From assembly GCA_000934665.2 (NCBI GenBank), contig KZ538235.1, forward strand, positions 1 through 64,000: a stretch of DNA of 64,000 bases, given 5' to 3'. Source of the stretch: Catajapyx aquilonaris (Eukaryota). Made by a program: the position numbers and the translations under genes. Each line of letters opens with the position of its first letter. Position 1 is the stretch's first letter. Shown piece by piece: positions 63,136 through 64,000 of this stretch. The notes below the pieces were generated by a model. It was not told the origin of the DNA, ran no database searches, and worked only from the letters and a program-made list of their open reading frames with translations.

Positions 63136-64000
63136 AAAATGGGGTGTGACAGCCCGGTTTTTTGTTCTTTTTTTGCGAGGGTATGTTCCGGACTGTGTTG
63201 GTGTTCCGGGGAAGTGAGCGGGATCCGGGTGGCTCATATTTCAGACGACCTCCGGGCTTCCAACATGTGCCGCCCTCCCTGCCTCCCCAAGCATCACCTG
63301 CCATCTTTCACTGCCAGACGCTGCACCAGAGCTACTCACGAGGGAAATTTTTCCACGTCATTGCACACACAGCTGAAGAACGTTGGGATGGGGGGATGGG
63401 GGAAGGGGGGGGGAGCCAGAATCTATATATACGATGGGGAGGGCGACACTATCGATTCCATGTAATTCTCCCCCCCCCCCCAGTCCCCACCTCCTACTCT
63501 AGAGTGACAGCGGTCCGAATGTCTCTGTCACACAATCCAGGGGAGGTCCGGAGGCTGTGTTACAGGGCGAGGAAGCTAGTCGCAGCGATCAGCTCCATTA
63601 GGATCATTCACATGGGAACTACCAACTGATAGGGAAGTGATAACGGTTATCGAGAGCGGTTAGCCGTTAAGCGCTATTAGCTCACGTTAGAGCTGCGCGA
63701 GCAAAATAGCGTTTAGGAAAATAGCGTTTAACCCAAATAACGTGGAAACAAAATAACGTTGAAACCAAATAACACTTAGCAAAAACAATTGTTAGTCGAA
63801 TTAACTTTTTACTTAAAATAACGGTGAATAAATATTATTTATTAACCCTCCGCTTTTATAGCTATTCAAATTCTGCTCCTCAGACAACAATGGGTGTAAT
63901 TTTCGTAGCACTGCTAGCTACTGCTAACCGAGCAGTACCAATGTCAAGAACCACTCGACTGAATAGTGTACAATGGAATACCAAATTCAGGGAGTACCGA

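Overview
Eukaryotic, almost certainly insect/arthropod, genomic DNA that is mostly intron. The only convincing protein-coding signal is a minus-strand IgLON/Lachesin-type gene of the Dpr-interacting protein (DIP) family, most like Drosophila DIP-delta. Two canonical exons (22469-22575 and 6193-6400) splice in frame across a 16,068-nt intron to give a complete first Ig domain. A 42-nt phase-compatible micro-exon candidate (28425-28466) could complete the signal peptide. The start exon and the Ig2/Ig3 exons were not found. The rest is a mosaic of AT-rich tracts, minisatellites and short non-autonomous elements: tRNA-derived SINEs with target-site duplications (TSDs), Tc1/mariner-type and PIF/Harbinger-type MITEs, Helitrons with internal empty-site controls, and DINE-1/Helentron-like elements. 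The most unusual items are: (i) a 52-bp tandem array of perfect tRNA-Lys primer-binding sites alternating with 21-bp TGTAAC...GTTACA LTR-like stubs; (ii) about 20 oriented GCCATTTT motifs running up to the Ig exon splice donor; (iii) a 170-bp repeat keeping a Gag-type CCHC knuckle next to a CTCF-like motif; (iv) an array of RFX X-boxes. No prokaryotic features, CRISPR array, rRNA, intact tRNA or autonomous transposon were seen. I cannot demonstrate a new biological system from sequence alone; family assignments are from recall, not database searches.
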